Assembly: GCA_949300425.1 (NCBI GenBank)
Contig: CASGED010000007.1
Location: forward strand, 5,471-69,470
DNA length: 64,000 nt
Direction of reading: 5' to 3'
DNA from: an uncultured Bacteroides sp.
Lineage (GTDB): Bacteria; Bacteroidota; Bacteroidia; Bacteroidales; Bacteroidaceae
The notes beneath the pieces are model-generated. The model made no database searches, was not told the origin of the DNA, and saw nothing but the letters and a program-made list of their open reading frames with translations. Positions 10,110 through 19,446 of the stretch are shown in pieces. How positions within the stretch are numbered: position 1 is the first letter of the stretch; each line of letters starts with the position of its first letter. The position numbers were made by a program, and so were the translations under genes.

Positions 10110-12599
10110 ATGAAGAAAAGATTTTATATGAATAACGAGGAAAGGCACGAGAACAATACGTTTTCCGTGATTGCCGACTTTGAAGGAGATGAGGAGAACT
10201 TGTTGAACATCAAAGTGGACGATATATTGCCGGTGCTTCCCTTGCGTAATATGGTGTTATTTCCCGGCGTGTTCATGCCGGTGTCTATAGGCAGAAGATC
10301 TTCTCTCAGATTGATACGCGAAGCCAACAGAAACAACGCATATATCGCCGTAACCTGCCAAAAGGCCATGGAGACGGAACAGCCCATGTTTGAGGACCTG
10401 CACCACATCGGCACCGTAGCCAAGATTATCCGCATCCTGGAAATGCCGGATCAAAGCACGACCGTCATCCTGCAAGGACTCAAACGAATGCAGCTCGACG
10501 AGATAGTAGACATCGACCCCTACCTGAAGGGGCGCATTACACCACTTGTGGACGAATTGCCCGACGAAAACGACAGGGAGTACCTGGCCGCCGTAGACGC
10601 CTGCAAGGACGTCACCGTGCGCTACATCCGCTCGTCCGAAACCATACCTCCCGACTCGGCCTTCGCCATCAAAAACATCATCAATCCGATGTTCGTGGTG
10701 AACTTCATCTGCGCCAACATGCCTTTGAAGAAGGACGAGAAAATGGAGCTGTTGAGCATCAGTTCCCTTCGCGAGCGCACCTACCGCCTGCTGGAGAAAA
10801 TGAACCGGGAAGTGCAACTGGCCGAGATAAAAGAATCCATCCAAATGCGCACCCGCGAGGACATCGACCAGCAGCAGCGCGAGTACTTCCTGCAACAACA
10901 GATGAAAACCATCCAAAACGAATTGGGCGGGAACTCGCACGAACAGGAAATCAGGGAAATACGCCAACGGGGCGAAAAGGTGAAATGGAGCAAGGAGATA
11001 AAAGCCACCTTCCTGAAAGAAGTAGACAAACTGGAGCGGATGCAACCCCAATCGCCCGACTATAGCGTCCAGCTGAACTACCTGCAAACCATGCTGGGTC
11101 TGCCCTGGGGCGTCTACACAACGGATAACCTCAACCTGAAGAATGCGGAACGCATCCTTAACAAAGACCACTACGGGCTGGAGAAGGTGAAGGAACGCAT
11201 CCTGGAGCACCTGGCCGTACTGAAGTTGAAGGGAGACATGAAATCGCCCATCATCTGCCTCTACGGTCCCCCGGGCGTGGGCAAGACTTCTTTGGGACGT
11301 TCCATCGCCTCGGCCTTAAAACGCAAATACGTCCGCATGTCTTTGGGAGGCGTGCATGACGAGGCCGAAATACGGGGACACCGGCGCACCTACATCGGAG
11401 CCATGCCCGGACGAATTATCAAGAACATACAGAAGGCAGGCTCGTCCAATCCGGTCTTTATCTTAGACGAGATTGACAAGGTGAACTCCGACCGCCAGGG
11501 AGACCCCTCGTCCGCCCTGCTTGAGGTGTTGGACCCCGAACAGAACACGGCCTTCCACGACAACTTCCTAGACGTGGACTACGACCTGTCGAAGGTCTTG
11601 TTCATAGCCACGGCAAACAACCTGAACACCATCCCCGCTCCCCTACTCGACCGTATGGAACTAATAGAGGTAAGCGGGTACATCACGGAAGAGAAGATAG
11701 AAATAGCCCGACGCCACCTGGTGCCGAAAGAACTAGAAAACAACGGACTGAAGAAGAATGACGTAAAGTTCAGCAAGCCAGCACTGGAAGCCATCATTGA
11801 GAATTATACGCGCGAGAGCGGCGTGCGCGAGTTGGAAAAGAAAATAGGGAAAGTGCTCCGCAAGATAGCCCGCCAGTATGCCACGGACGGTTATCTGGAA
11901 AAGACCGAGATAAAGCCTGATGATTTGTATGCTTACCTGGGTGCCGTGGACTACACGCGCGACAAGTATCAGGGTAACGATTACGCGGGCGTGGTGACCG
12001 GGCTGGCATGGACGGCCGTGGGCGGCGAAATCCTCTTCGTGGAGACCAGCCTGAGCCGGGGCAAGGGCGGACGCCTGACCCTGACTGGAAACTTGGGCGA
12101 CGTCATGAAGGAATCGGCCATGCTGGCACTGGAATACATCAAGGCGCACGCCTCCTTGTTCAACCTCTCGGAAGATATCTTCGAGAACTGGAACGTACAC
12201 ATCCACATGCCCGAAGGAGCCATCCCAAAGGACGGACCCTCGGCAGGCATTACTATGGTCACCTCGCTGGCATCGGCCTTCACCCAACACAAGGTGAAAG
12301 CCAACCTGGCCATGACGGGCGAAATTACCCTGCGCGGAAAGGTACTTCCCGTGGGCGGCATCAAGGAGAAGATACTGGCTGCCAAACGTGCCGGTATCAA
12401 GGAAATCATCCTCTGCGAGGAGAACCGGAAGAACATTGAGGAAATACAGGACATCTACCTGAAAGGGCTGACCTTCCATTACGTGAAGGACGTGAAGGAG
12501 GTATTGGCACTGGCACTGACAGACGAGAAGGTAGCCGAACCCATCGACCTCACCGTAAAGAAAGAAATAACCGACAAGCAGAAAGAGGACAAAGCATGA
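10110..12599 (+). CDS. lon: Endopeptidase La
   Basis: [41 protein letters not shown] (catalytic Ser), [10 protein letters not shown]. Confidence 0.98.
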   Translation: MKKRFYMNNEERHENNTFSVIADFEGDEENLLNIKVDDILPVLPLRNMVLFPGVFMPVSIGRRSSLRLIREANRNNAYIAVTCQKAMETEQPMFEDLHHIGTVAKIIRILEMPDQSTTVILQGLKRMQLDEIVDIDPYLKGRITPLVDELPDENDREYLAAVDACKDVTVRYIRSSETIPPDSAFAIKNIINPMFVVNFICANMPLKKDEKMELLSISSLRERTYRLLEKMNREVQLAEIKESIQMRTREDIDQQQREYFLQQQMKTIQNELGGNSHEQEIREIRQRGEKVKWSKEIKATFLKEVDKLERMQPQSPDYSVQLNYLQTMLGLPWGVYTTDNLNLKNAERILNKDHYGLEKVKERILEHLAVLKLKGDMKSPIICLYGPPGVGKTSLGRSIASALKRKYVRMSLGGVHDEAEIRGHRRTYIGAMPGRIIKNIQKAGSSNPVFILDEIDKVNSDRQGDPSSALLEVLDPEQNTAFHDNFLDVDYDLSKVLFIATANNLNTIPAPLLDRMELIEVSGYITEEKIEIARRHLVPKELENNGLKKNDVKFSKPALEAIIENYTRESGVRELEKKIGKVLRKIARQYATDGYLEKTEIKPDDLYAYLGAVDYTRDKYQGNDYAGVVTGLAWTAVGGEILFVETSLSRGKGGRLTLTGNLGDVMKESAMLALEYIKAHASLFNLSEDIFENWNVHIHMPEGAIPKDGPSAGITMVTSLASAFTQHKVKANLAMTGEITLRGKVLPVGGIKEKILAAKRAGIKEIILCEENRKNIEEIQDIYLKGLTFHYVKDVKEVLALALTDEKVAEPIDLTVKKEITDKQKEDKA

Positions 12600-13726
12600 A
12601 GTTCCAGTTACAATATACGGATAGCAAGACCAACGCCCGCGCAGGCCTGATAACCACTGACCACGGGCAGATAGAAACCCCCATTTTCATGCCCGTAGGT
12701 ACCATAGGCTCCGTCAAGGCTGTACACCTGACCGAGCTGAAGGACGACATCAAGGCGCAGATTATCCTGGGCAACACCTACCACCTCTACCTGCGCCCCG
12801 GACTGGACGTGCTGGAGCGAGCCGGAGGCCTGCACCGGTTCAACGGATTCGACCGTCCCATCCTGACCGATAGCGGAGGCTTCCAGGTGTTCTCACTCTC
12901 AGCCATCCGCAAGTTGCGCGAGGAAGGAGCCGAGTTCCGCTCACACATTGACGGGAGTAAGCATTTCTTCACCCCCGAACGGGTGATGGACATCGAGCGC
13001 AGCATCGGGGCGGACATCATGATGGCTTTCGACGAATGCACGCCGGGCGATGCGGACTATGACTATGCCCGCACGTCCATGGAGCTGACTCACCGGTGGC
13101 TGGACCGTTGCGTGGCACGCTTCAAGGAGACCGAGCCTAAATACGGCTACCACCAATCGCTCTTCCCCATTGTGCAAGGATGCGTATACCGCGACCTGCG
13201 CGCCCGCTCGGCGGAGTACATCGCCTCAAAAGACGCTGAAGGAAACGCTATCGGAGGCTTGGCCGTGGGCGAACCCGTAGAGAAGATGTACGAGATGATA
13301 GAACTGGTGAACGGCATCCTTCCGGCGGACAAACCCCGCTACCTGATGGGCGTTGGCACCCCGGTGAACATCTTGGAAGGCATTGAGCGGGGCGTGGACA
13401 TGTTCGATTGTGTCATGCCCACCCGCAACGGGCGCAACGGGATGCTCTTCACCAAGCAGGGCATCATGAACATGCGCAACAAGAAGTGGGAGACCGACTT
13501 CTCCCCCATCGAACCGGACGGCGCCTCCTACGTGGATACCCTCTACAGCAAAGCCTACCTGCGCCACCTCTTCCACGCACAAGAACTGCTGGCCATGCAG
13601 ATAGCCTCTATACACAACCTAGCTTTCTACCTATGGCTCGTGGGCGAAGCGCGCAAACACATCATCGTCGGCGACTTCGCCACGTGGAAGCCGCGGATGG
13701 TGCAACAAATATCAACACGATTATGA
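12596..13726 (+). CDS. tgt: tRNA-guanine(34) transglycosylase
   Basis: TPIFMPVGT, NTYHLYLRPG, TDSGGFQVFSL, DMFDCVMPTRNGRNG; ATGA overlap with lon. Confidence 0.98.
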   Translation: MKFQLQYTDSKTNARAGLITTDHGQIETPIFMPVGTIGSVKAVHLTELKDDIKAQIILGNTYHLYLRPGLDVLERAGGLHRFNGFDRPILTDSGGFQVFSLSAIRKLREEGAEFRSHIDGSKHFFTPERVMDIERSIGADIMMAFDECTPGDADYDYARTSMELTHRWLDRCVARFKETEPKYGYHQSLFPIVQGCVYRDLRARSAEYIASKDAEGNAIGGLAVGEPVEKMYEMIELVNGILPADKPRYLMGVGTPVNILEGIERGVDMFDCVMPTRNGRNGMLFTKQGIMNMRNKKWETDFSPIEPDGASYVDTLYSKAYLRHLFHAQELLAMQIASIHNLAFYLWLVGEARKHIIVGDFATWKPRMVQQISTRL

Positions 13727-14868
13727 AGAAACCAAGAATACGCCTCCCCCGGCTGAACATCAGCCTCGCCAAGCTGACCGGCGGATTCCTCCGCCGCCTG
13801 GACGGATACATCATCAAGAAGTTCCTCGGTACTTACGTCTTCGCCATTGTGCTCATCATCTCTATAGCCGTGGTGTTCGACTTCAACGAGAAGCAGGACA
13901 AGTTCATGGCCCATGACGCACCGTGGAGTGCCATCCTTTTCGACTATTACCTGAACTTCATCCCCTACTTCGCCAACCTGTTCAGCCCCCTGTTCGTGTT
14001 CATAGCCGTCATTTTCTTCACCTCCAAGCTGGCTGAGAACTCGGAGATTATCGCCATGTTTTCCACCGGCATGAGCTTCAAGCGCATGCTCAGGCCCTAC
14101 ATGGTGTCGGCAGCCATCATCGCCGTGGTCACCTTCTGCTTGGGTGCGTACGTCATTCCGCAAGGAAGCGTCACCCGTATCAACTTCGAAGACAAGTACT
14201 ACAAGCAACGCAAGGCCAACTCCGCACGCAATATCCAACTGGAGGTAGACACGGGCGTCATAGCCTACATAGACCGCTTTGAGAATTACCGTCAGACGGG
14301 TTACCGCTTCTCGCTGGACAAGTTCAAGGACAAGCAGCTCGTCTCCCACCTGACCGCCCGCAGCATCACCTACGATACCGCCCGGACGCATCACTGGATC
14401 ATCAAGGATTACATGATTCGCCAAATGGAGGGCATGAAAGAGAACATCACCCGGGGCGACCGCATCGACACCACCCTCTTCATGGAACCAGCCGACTTCC
14501 TCGTCATGAAGAACCAGCAAGAGATGATGACCAGTCCTGAACTGAACGAGTACATCAGCCGCCAACGCCAGCGCGGTTTCGCCAACATCAAAGAGTTCGA
14601 GATAGAGTATCACAAACGTATCGCCATGTCCTTCGCGTCGTTCATCCTGACCCTGATAGGCGTCTCCTTGTCTGCCCGCAAAGTCAAGGGAGGCATGGGC
14701 TTGAACCTGGGCATCGGCCTTGCACTGGCCTTCTCCTACATCCTGTTCCAGACTATCGCGTCTACTTTCGCGGTGAACGGTAACATGCCTCCCGCCGTGG
14801 CCGTGTGGATACCCAACATTCTCTACGCTTTCATCGCCTTCTACCTTTATACCAAGGCACCGAAATAG
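13723..14868 (+). CDS. lptG: LptF/LptG family LPS export permease
   Basis: LDGYIIKKFL, SKLAENSEIIAM..TGMS, AVWIPNIL; start reassigned to ATG 13723 overlapping tgt stop; LptF versus LptG not certain. Confidence 0.85.
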   Translation: MKKPRIRLPRLNISLAKLTGGFLRRLDGYIIKKFLGTYVFAIVLIISIAVVFDFNEKQDKFMAHDAPWSAILFDYYLNFIPYFANLFSPLFVFIAVIFFTSKLAENSEIIAMFSTGMSFKRMLRPYMVSAAIIAVVTFCLGAYVIPQGSVTRINFEDKYYKQRKANSARNIQLEVDTGVIAYIDRFENYRQTGYRFSLDKFKDKQLVSHLTARSITYDTARTHHWIIKDYMIRQMEGMKENITRGDRIDTTLFMEPADFLVMKNQQEMMTSPELNEYISRQRQRGFANIKEFEIEYHKRIAMSFASFILTLIGVSLSARKVKGGMGLNLGIGLALAFSYILFQTIASTFAVNGNMPPAVAVWIPNILYAFIAFYLYTKAPK

Positions 14869-14962
14869 CAGTTCAACGGCTCTCTTTTCACACAACAAAG
14901 GTAAGCACTTCGCCAAAGATAACTATACTTTGCAGGGGATAAAAATGTGCATTAAACGGGAA

Positions 14963-15139
14963 TTATCATTTAATGTCCCGTCCCTTATCATTTAATGTGC
15001 CGACCCGTCCCTTTAAATGTGAGCGACCTTAAGATTAAACGTAATTTGGCCGCTTGAAATGGCGGTTCATCTGATATCCCAAAGAGGATAATCCTATATG
15101 GCGGAGAGGATAATCCTCTTTGGAAAATAGGATAATCCT
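14963..15139. repeat. 22-bp-period intergenic repeat arrays
   Basis: ttatcatttaatgt at 14963 and 14985; palindromic aggataatcct at 15085, 15107 and 15129. Confidence 0.8.
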
Positions 15140-15255
15140 CTCTAGCGTGGAACATCTTGGCAAAGTAAGTAAGCAGGCCTGGCAAAGCAAGCAGTAAATG
15201 GGAATTTAGCGGGGTGTCTCATTATGGCAATTAGGAAATCCGTTTAAAACACCAG

Positions 15256-18200
15256 TTATGTTCCTTCTTCCATCTTATGCTTTTGTACCCACTCGGATGG
15301 GGAATAACCATAGAACTTCGTAAAACAAGTCGTAAAGTAAGAATGGCTGTTGAATCCGGTATAAACAGCTATCTCAGACACCGTATAATCGGACGTCAGC
15401 AATAGTTTGGCGGCCACTTCCAAACGTTTGTTTCGAATTAACTCAATGGGTGTCAACTCGGTAATTTCCTTTAGTTTACGATAAAAATTAGCACGGCTGA
15501 GCCCCATTTCCTGACTAATCACATCAATATTCAGGCCAGGGTCTGTCAAATGTTTTTCAATCACATCAAATAACTTCTGAGTGAAACGGTCATCCCCCGA
15601 CACAATTTCAATGCCCATCGTTTCCGGAGAAATCTTCTTGCCATACATTTTCTTCAGTTTCTCACGTGACTCCAACAGATTTTGGATACGGCAAATCAAG
15701 ACATCTATGCTGAAAGGCTTCACGATGTAATCGTCAGCACCGACAAAATACCCTTCCTTTATCTGCATAATCATAGACTGGGCCGTAACCAGTATTACAG
15801 GGATATGCCCTAACTGCATGTCGTTCTTCACCCGGTTACATAATTCCAATCCATCCATTTTGGGCATCATAATGTCGCTCAATATTAGATTGGGATATTT
15901 TTCATAGCATAAATCCAAGGCGTCTTTGCCATTGTCCACAGCTATCACATAGAAATAAGGCTCAAGGCACCCTTTCACATAGTTACGCACTTCGTCATTG
16001 TCCTCTGCCAACAAGACGGTCCATTTCCGTTCAATTTCAAAATGCGCATTTTCTTCCATGGGGATAACTTCTTCCTTGTATTCCTCTTTTACTAAGACTG
16101 CATCGTCATAGGCACAACTGCTGACGGGCAGATACACATTAAACACGGTGCCTCGCGGCGTGTTCTTCATGACTTCTATATAGCCGTGATGCAAATGGAT
16201 GATGGAATTCGTCAGGCTTAACCCGATACCGGTACCTAATTTTTTCAGACTGCTACCATTACTTTCCACCTGATAGAAAGGATTGAAAATGTAATTCATA
16301 TCTTTATCAGGAATACCGACACCGGTATCGGCCACACGCAAGCACAAGTATTCCGTATTCGGCGGGAGCGAAAGATTCTCCTGGTAGCTTGAAGGAAGGT
16401 CCTCCCGACTGATTTTGGCAAAAGAGAAAGTCACTTCTCCACCCTCAGGAGTAAACTTAATAGCGTTGGAAAGTAAATTAAAAACCACTTTCTCCATCAA
16501 TACTTTGTCGAGCCATACGTAAGCGCTTTCTTTTTCCTGTTCGAACTTTAGAGTTATTGATTTGTTCTGAGCCAAATAGTTGAACGCATAATAGATTTCA
16601 AGCATGAAGGGATAAAAATCCGTATGCGTGACATGCAAAGTCAGTTTCCCTTCTTCGTTTTTACGCAAATCCAAGAACTGATTGACTAACAACAACAAGC
16701 GCTGCGCATTGGTATGAATCAGGCTTATCTTATTCTTCACTGTCGATGAAAGCGTCTGTACGGACAGCAATTCCTCCAAAGGAGCAATAATCAACGTCAA
16801 AGGAGTACGAAGCTCATGGGAAAAATTGGTGAACATGCGTATCTTCTCCTGATGAAACGCTTCCAAATGTTCCCGTTCCTTTTGCTGATATTGTAATTCT
16901 GTTTCCAGTTTCTGCTTCTTCAACATGTAATACATAATCAGTACAATCACTGAAATGAAAAGCAAGGTATAAAAGGTATAAGCATACCATGTCCGCCAAA
17001 AAGGAGGATGAACTATGATGCGCAGTTTCCTAGGCTCCTGAGTCCAAATCAGGTCATTATTGGCCGCACGGACTTCAAACTCGTATTTACCCGGACTCAG
17101 ATTGGTGTAATAAGCACGATGATTATTGGCAACAAAATTCCAATCTTCGTCATAGCCCTTCAGGAATACGGCATATTGGTTCTGCTGTGCAAAAATATAA
17201 TTGAGCGCGCAATATCCGACAGAAATATTGTTCTCATCATACTTCAAATGTATTGCCTCCACATCATCCAAAACAGAAGAAGGAAGAATACCAGTGTCGT
17301 CACCTACCGTAATCAACTTGTTATTGACATACAAATTGGTAAAGACTAAAGGAGGCACGAAAGGATTCATCTGCAAATCATGCGGATGGAACGTAACAAA
17401 GCCATTGTTGCCACTAAAATAGAGTTCGTCATTGGTTAAAAGAGCACCGCTATGGGGCGTAAACTCCTCTATTCCTATACCGTTTTGCGAACTATAGTTG
17501 ATGATTTTATCTTCTTCCGGAAAATACTCTGCAATACCATTGCTCAGGCTTATCCAAAGTTTATGTTCACTATCTTCCACTATGGCGCATACATCGTTGC
17601 TCAGCAAACCATCGGCCTGGGTGACAGACCTGACAATACCTTCCTTCTCATCATACAAAGCTATTCCTCCACCAAAAGTACCTATCCAAACACGACCTTT
17701 CGAATCACGCGTAATACTCGTCACATAATTATTCAGCAAACGTTCTTCCTTTCGAGACTTTTTGTCATCATAGGTAGTTAATTCCTGCTTTTCGATATCG
17801 TATTTTATCAGCCCGTTACTACGGGTGCCTATCAACAAGACATTGTCTCTAAGCCTCAATAGACAGCGGGAACTCCCTATGGTAGGAGAACCAGGCAGCT
17901 TAAGAAACGGTCTGTTCAGTTTCTTATCAGCGTCCAAATAAGTCAATCCATAATCGGAATTGGAACCGACAATCCACATTCCACCTTTTTCATCGAGCAA
18001 CATCCCGTAAATGGACATCCCATTTGGAAATTCGAAGAATAATGAAAAACTCTGCTTGGAGATGTCAAACTTATAAATCGTCCCTCGGCTTGTCCCGCAA
18101 TACAACACGCCTCCATCCCTCAACAAGCTCTTAATGATATTCTGGTTATATTGCGAATGGGAATCTTCTTCTATCAGGAAATTCCGATAAGTCCCTGTAT

Positions 18201-19359
18201 TCAGGTTGTAGTCAAGCAAACCGCGCCCTTCGGTGGCTATATACAACGTGCTGTCTTCCGTACAAACCGCATTGCCATAAATTCCAAAGAAAGCGTCGAG
18301 TTCCTCTACCGGATCGTGAAAAGCGAAACGATTGTTGAATTTATTGGAGAAGCCTACCCCGCCAGCATACGTTCCTACCCATACGGTCTGCGTCCTATCC
18401 ACCAATAAAGAATAAATGGAGAAATGGCTCAAACTGCCGGTTCCCATGAATATGTCCGGATGCTGTCTCAACTTATGTGTAGAAAGATCCATTACATAAA
18501 GCCCGTCAAATGTCCCTATTAACAACAATCCGTAGACCTCTGCAACACAGCGTATGCTATTGGTAGTCAATTCACTGTTTCCCATATGGAAAGTACGAAC
18601 TGAATCTTCCGTCAAATCTACTTGAAACAGGCCACTGGTATTTCCGCCGCCCCATATCTTCCCGTAGGAGTCTTCAAAAAGTGTAGCTATATTACTTGGC
18701 AGAAGCGCACCCCGGGAACCGTCCGCAGGAATATGCTTCAGGACCTTGGCATTCATGTCGCAGACAAACAATCCCTTATTGGTACCTATCAACAATTGGT
18801 GTTTTCGGGTCTCATAAATCGCACCGACATCCTCTCCCTTGATGGCTCCATTCAAATCAATTTGCTGAAATGTATCCGACTCTGAAACATAACGGAAAAG
18901 GCCGTTATTCGTACCTACCCATAACCGGTCATTACTATCCACAAACAAAACCGAGATTTGCCAAGAGCCCATATTACCATATTTGGGATGATCAAATCGG
19001 CGAATATGTTCCGTCTTCATATCCATCATGTTCAAGCCGTGCGAAGTCCCTATCCAAAGGTTGCGGGCGGCGTCTTCCGCCAACGACAAGATAGAATTGT
19101 CGCTAAGCGTCAACGAATCTTCCGGAACGTGTTTGTATACCGTGAACTCTGTCCCATCATAACGATTCAATCCATTACGTGTGGCGAACCACATAAACCC
19201 TTTCGAGTCCTGCAACATCTTAACGACTGAGATTTGGGACAAGCCATCCTTCAAACCTAAATTGGAAAAATAAAAATGGCCTATATTCTGAGCCTTAACT
19301 CCCAGGAACAAAAGCAATAAGCCCAACAATATAATGAATCTGCTTTTCATGTTTTTCAT
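15256..19359 (-). CDS. Hybrid two-component sensor kinase/response regulator/AraC (HTCS)
   Basis: Signal peptide, Reg_prop repeats (LWIGT), Y_Y_Y (YTNLSPGKY), TM, FSHELRTPLT, NLLSNAIKFT, GTGIGL, REC (DIMMP), AraC HTH (GFNSHSYF). Confidence 0.95.
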   Translation of the reverse strand: MKNMKSRFIILLGLLLLFLGVKAQNIGHFYFSNLGLKDGLSQISVVKMLQDSKGFMWFATRNGLNRYDGTEFTVYKHVPEDSLTLSDNSILSLAEDAARNLWIGTSHGLNMMDMKTEHIRRFDHPKYGNMGSWQISVLFVDSNDRLWVGTNNGLFRYVSESDTFQQIDLNGAIKGEDVGAIYETRKHQLLIGTNKGLFVCDMNAKVLKHIPADGSRGALLPSNIATLFEDSYGKIWGGGNTSGLFQVDLTEDSVRTFHMGNSELTTNSIRCVAEVYGLLLIGTFDGLYVMDLSTHKLRQHPDIFMGTGSLSHFSIYSLLVDRTQTVWVGTYAGGVGFSNKFNNRFAFHDPVEELDAFFGIYGNAVCTEDSTLYIATEGRGLLDYNLNTGTYRNFLIEEDSHSQYNQNIIKSLLRDGGVLYCGTSRGTIYKFDISKQSFSLFFEFPNGMSIYGMLLDEKGGMWIVGSNSDYGLTYLDADKKLNRPFLKLPGSPTIGSSRCLLRLRDNVLLIGTRSNGLIKYDIEKQELTTYDDKKSRKEERLLNNYVTSITRDSKGRVWIGTFGGGIALYDEKEGIVRSVTQADGLLSNDVCAIVEDSEHKLWISLSNGIAEYFPEEDKIINYSSQNGIGIEEFTPHSGALLTNDELYFSGNNGFVTFHPHDLQMNPFVPPLVFTNLYVNNKLITVGDDTGILPSSVLDDVEAIHLKYDENNISVGYCALNYIFAQQNQYAVFLKGYDEDWNFVANNHRAYYTNLSPGKYEFEVRAANNDLIWTQEPRKLRIIVHPPFWRTWYAYTFYTLLFISVIVLIMYYMLKKQKLETELQYQQKEREHLEAFHQEKIRMFTNFSHELRTPLTLIIAPLEELLSVQTLSSTVKNKISLIHTNAQRLLLLVNQFLDLRKNEEGKLTLHVTHTDFYPFMLEIYYAFNYLAQNKSITLKFEQEKESAYVWLDKVLMEKVVFNLLSNAIKFTPEGGEVTFSFAKISREDLPSSYQENLSLPPNTEYLCLRVADTGVGIPDKDMNYIFNPFYQVESNGSSLKKLGTGIGLSLTNSIIHLHHGYIEVMKNTPRGTVFNVYLPVSSCAYDDAVLVKEEYKEEVIPMEENAHFEIERKWTVLLAEDNDEVRNYVKGCLEPYFYVIAVDNGKDALDLCYEKYPNLILSDIMMPKMDGLELCNRVKNDMQLGHIPVILVTAQSMIMQIKEGYFVGADDYIVKPFSIDVLICRIQNLLESREKLKKMYGKKISPETMGIEIVSGDDRFTQKLFDVIEKHLTDPGLNIDVISQEMGLSRANFYRKLKEITELTPIELIRNKRLEVAAKLLLTSDYTVSEIAVYTGFNSHSYFTTCFTKFYGYSPSEWVQKHKMEEGT

Positions 19360-19380
19360 TTATCTTAGAAACAAACGCTG

Positions 19381-19388
19381 CAAAAATA
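19381..19388 (-). promoter_or_regulatory. -7 promoter box for HTCS
   Basis: TATTTTTG on minus strand just upstream of start. Confidence 0.5.
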
Positions 19389-19446
19389 AAGATTTTCCTG
19401 AAATATGGAACTATATTCTCACATTTAATGAATGAAATCTTATGTT

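Noticed and set aside
13408-13722. N-terminal extension of the LptG ORF overlapping tgt
   Set aside because: The true start is most plausibly ATG 13723 overlapping the tgt stop; the extension has no family features.
14869-14960. tRNA or att site at the island's left border
   Set aside because: No cloverleaf and no matching direct repeat near 50.2 kb could be seen.
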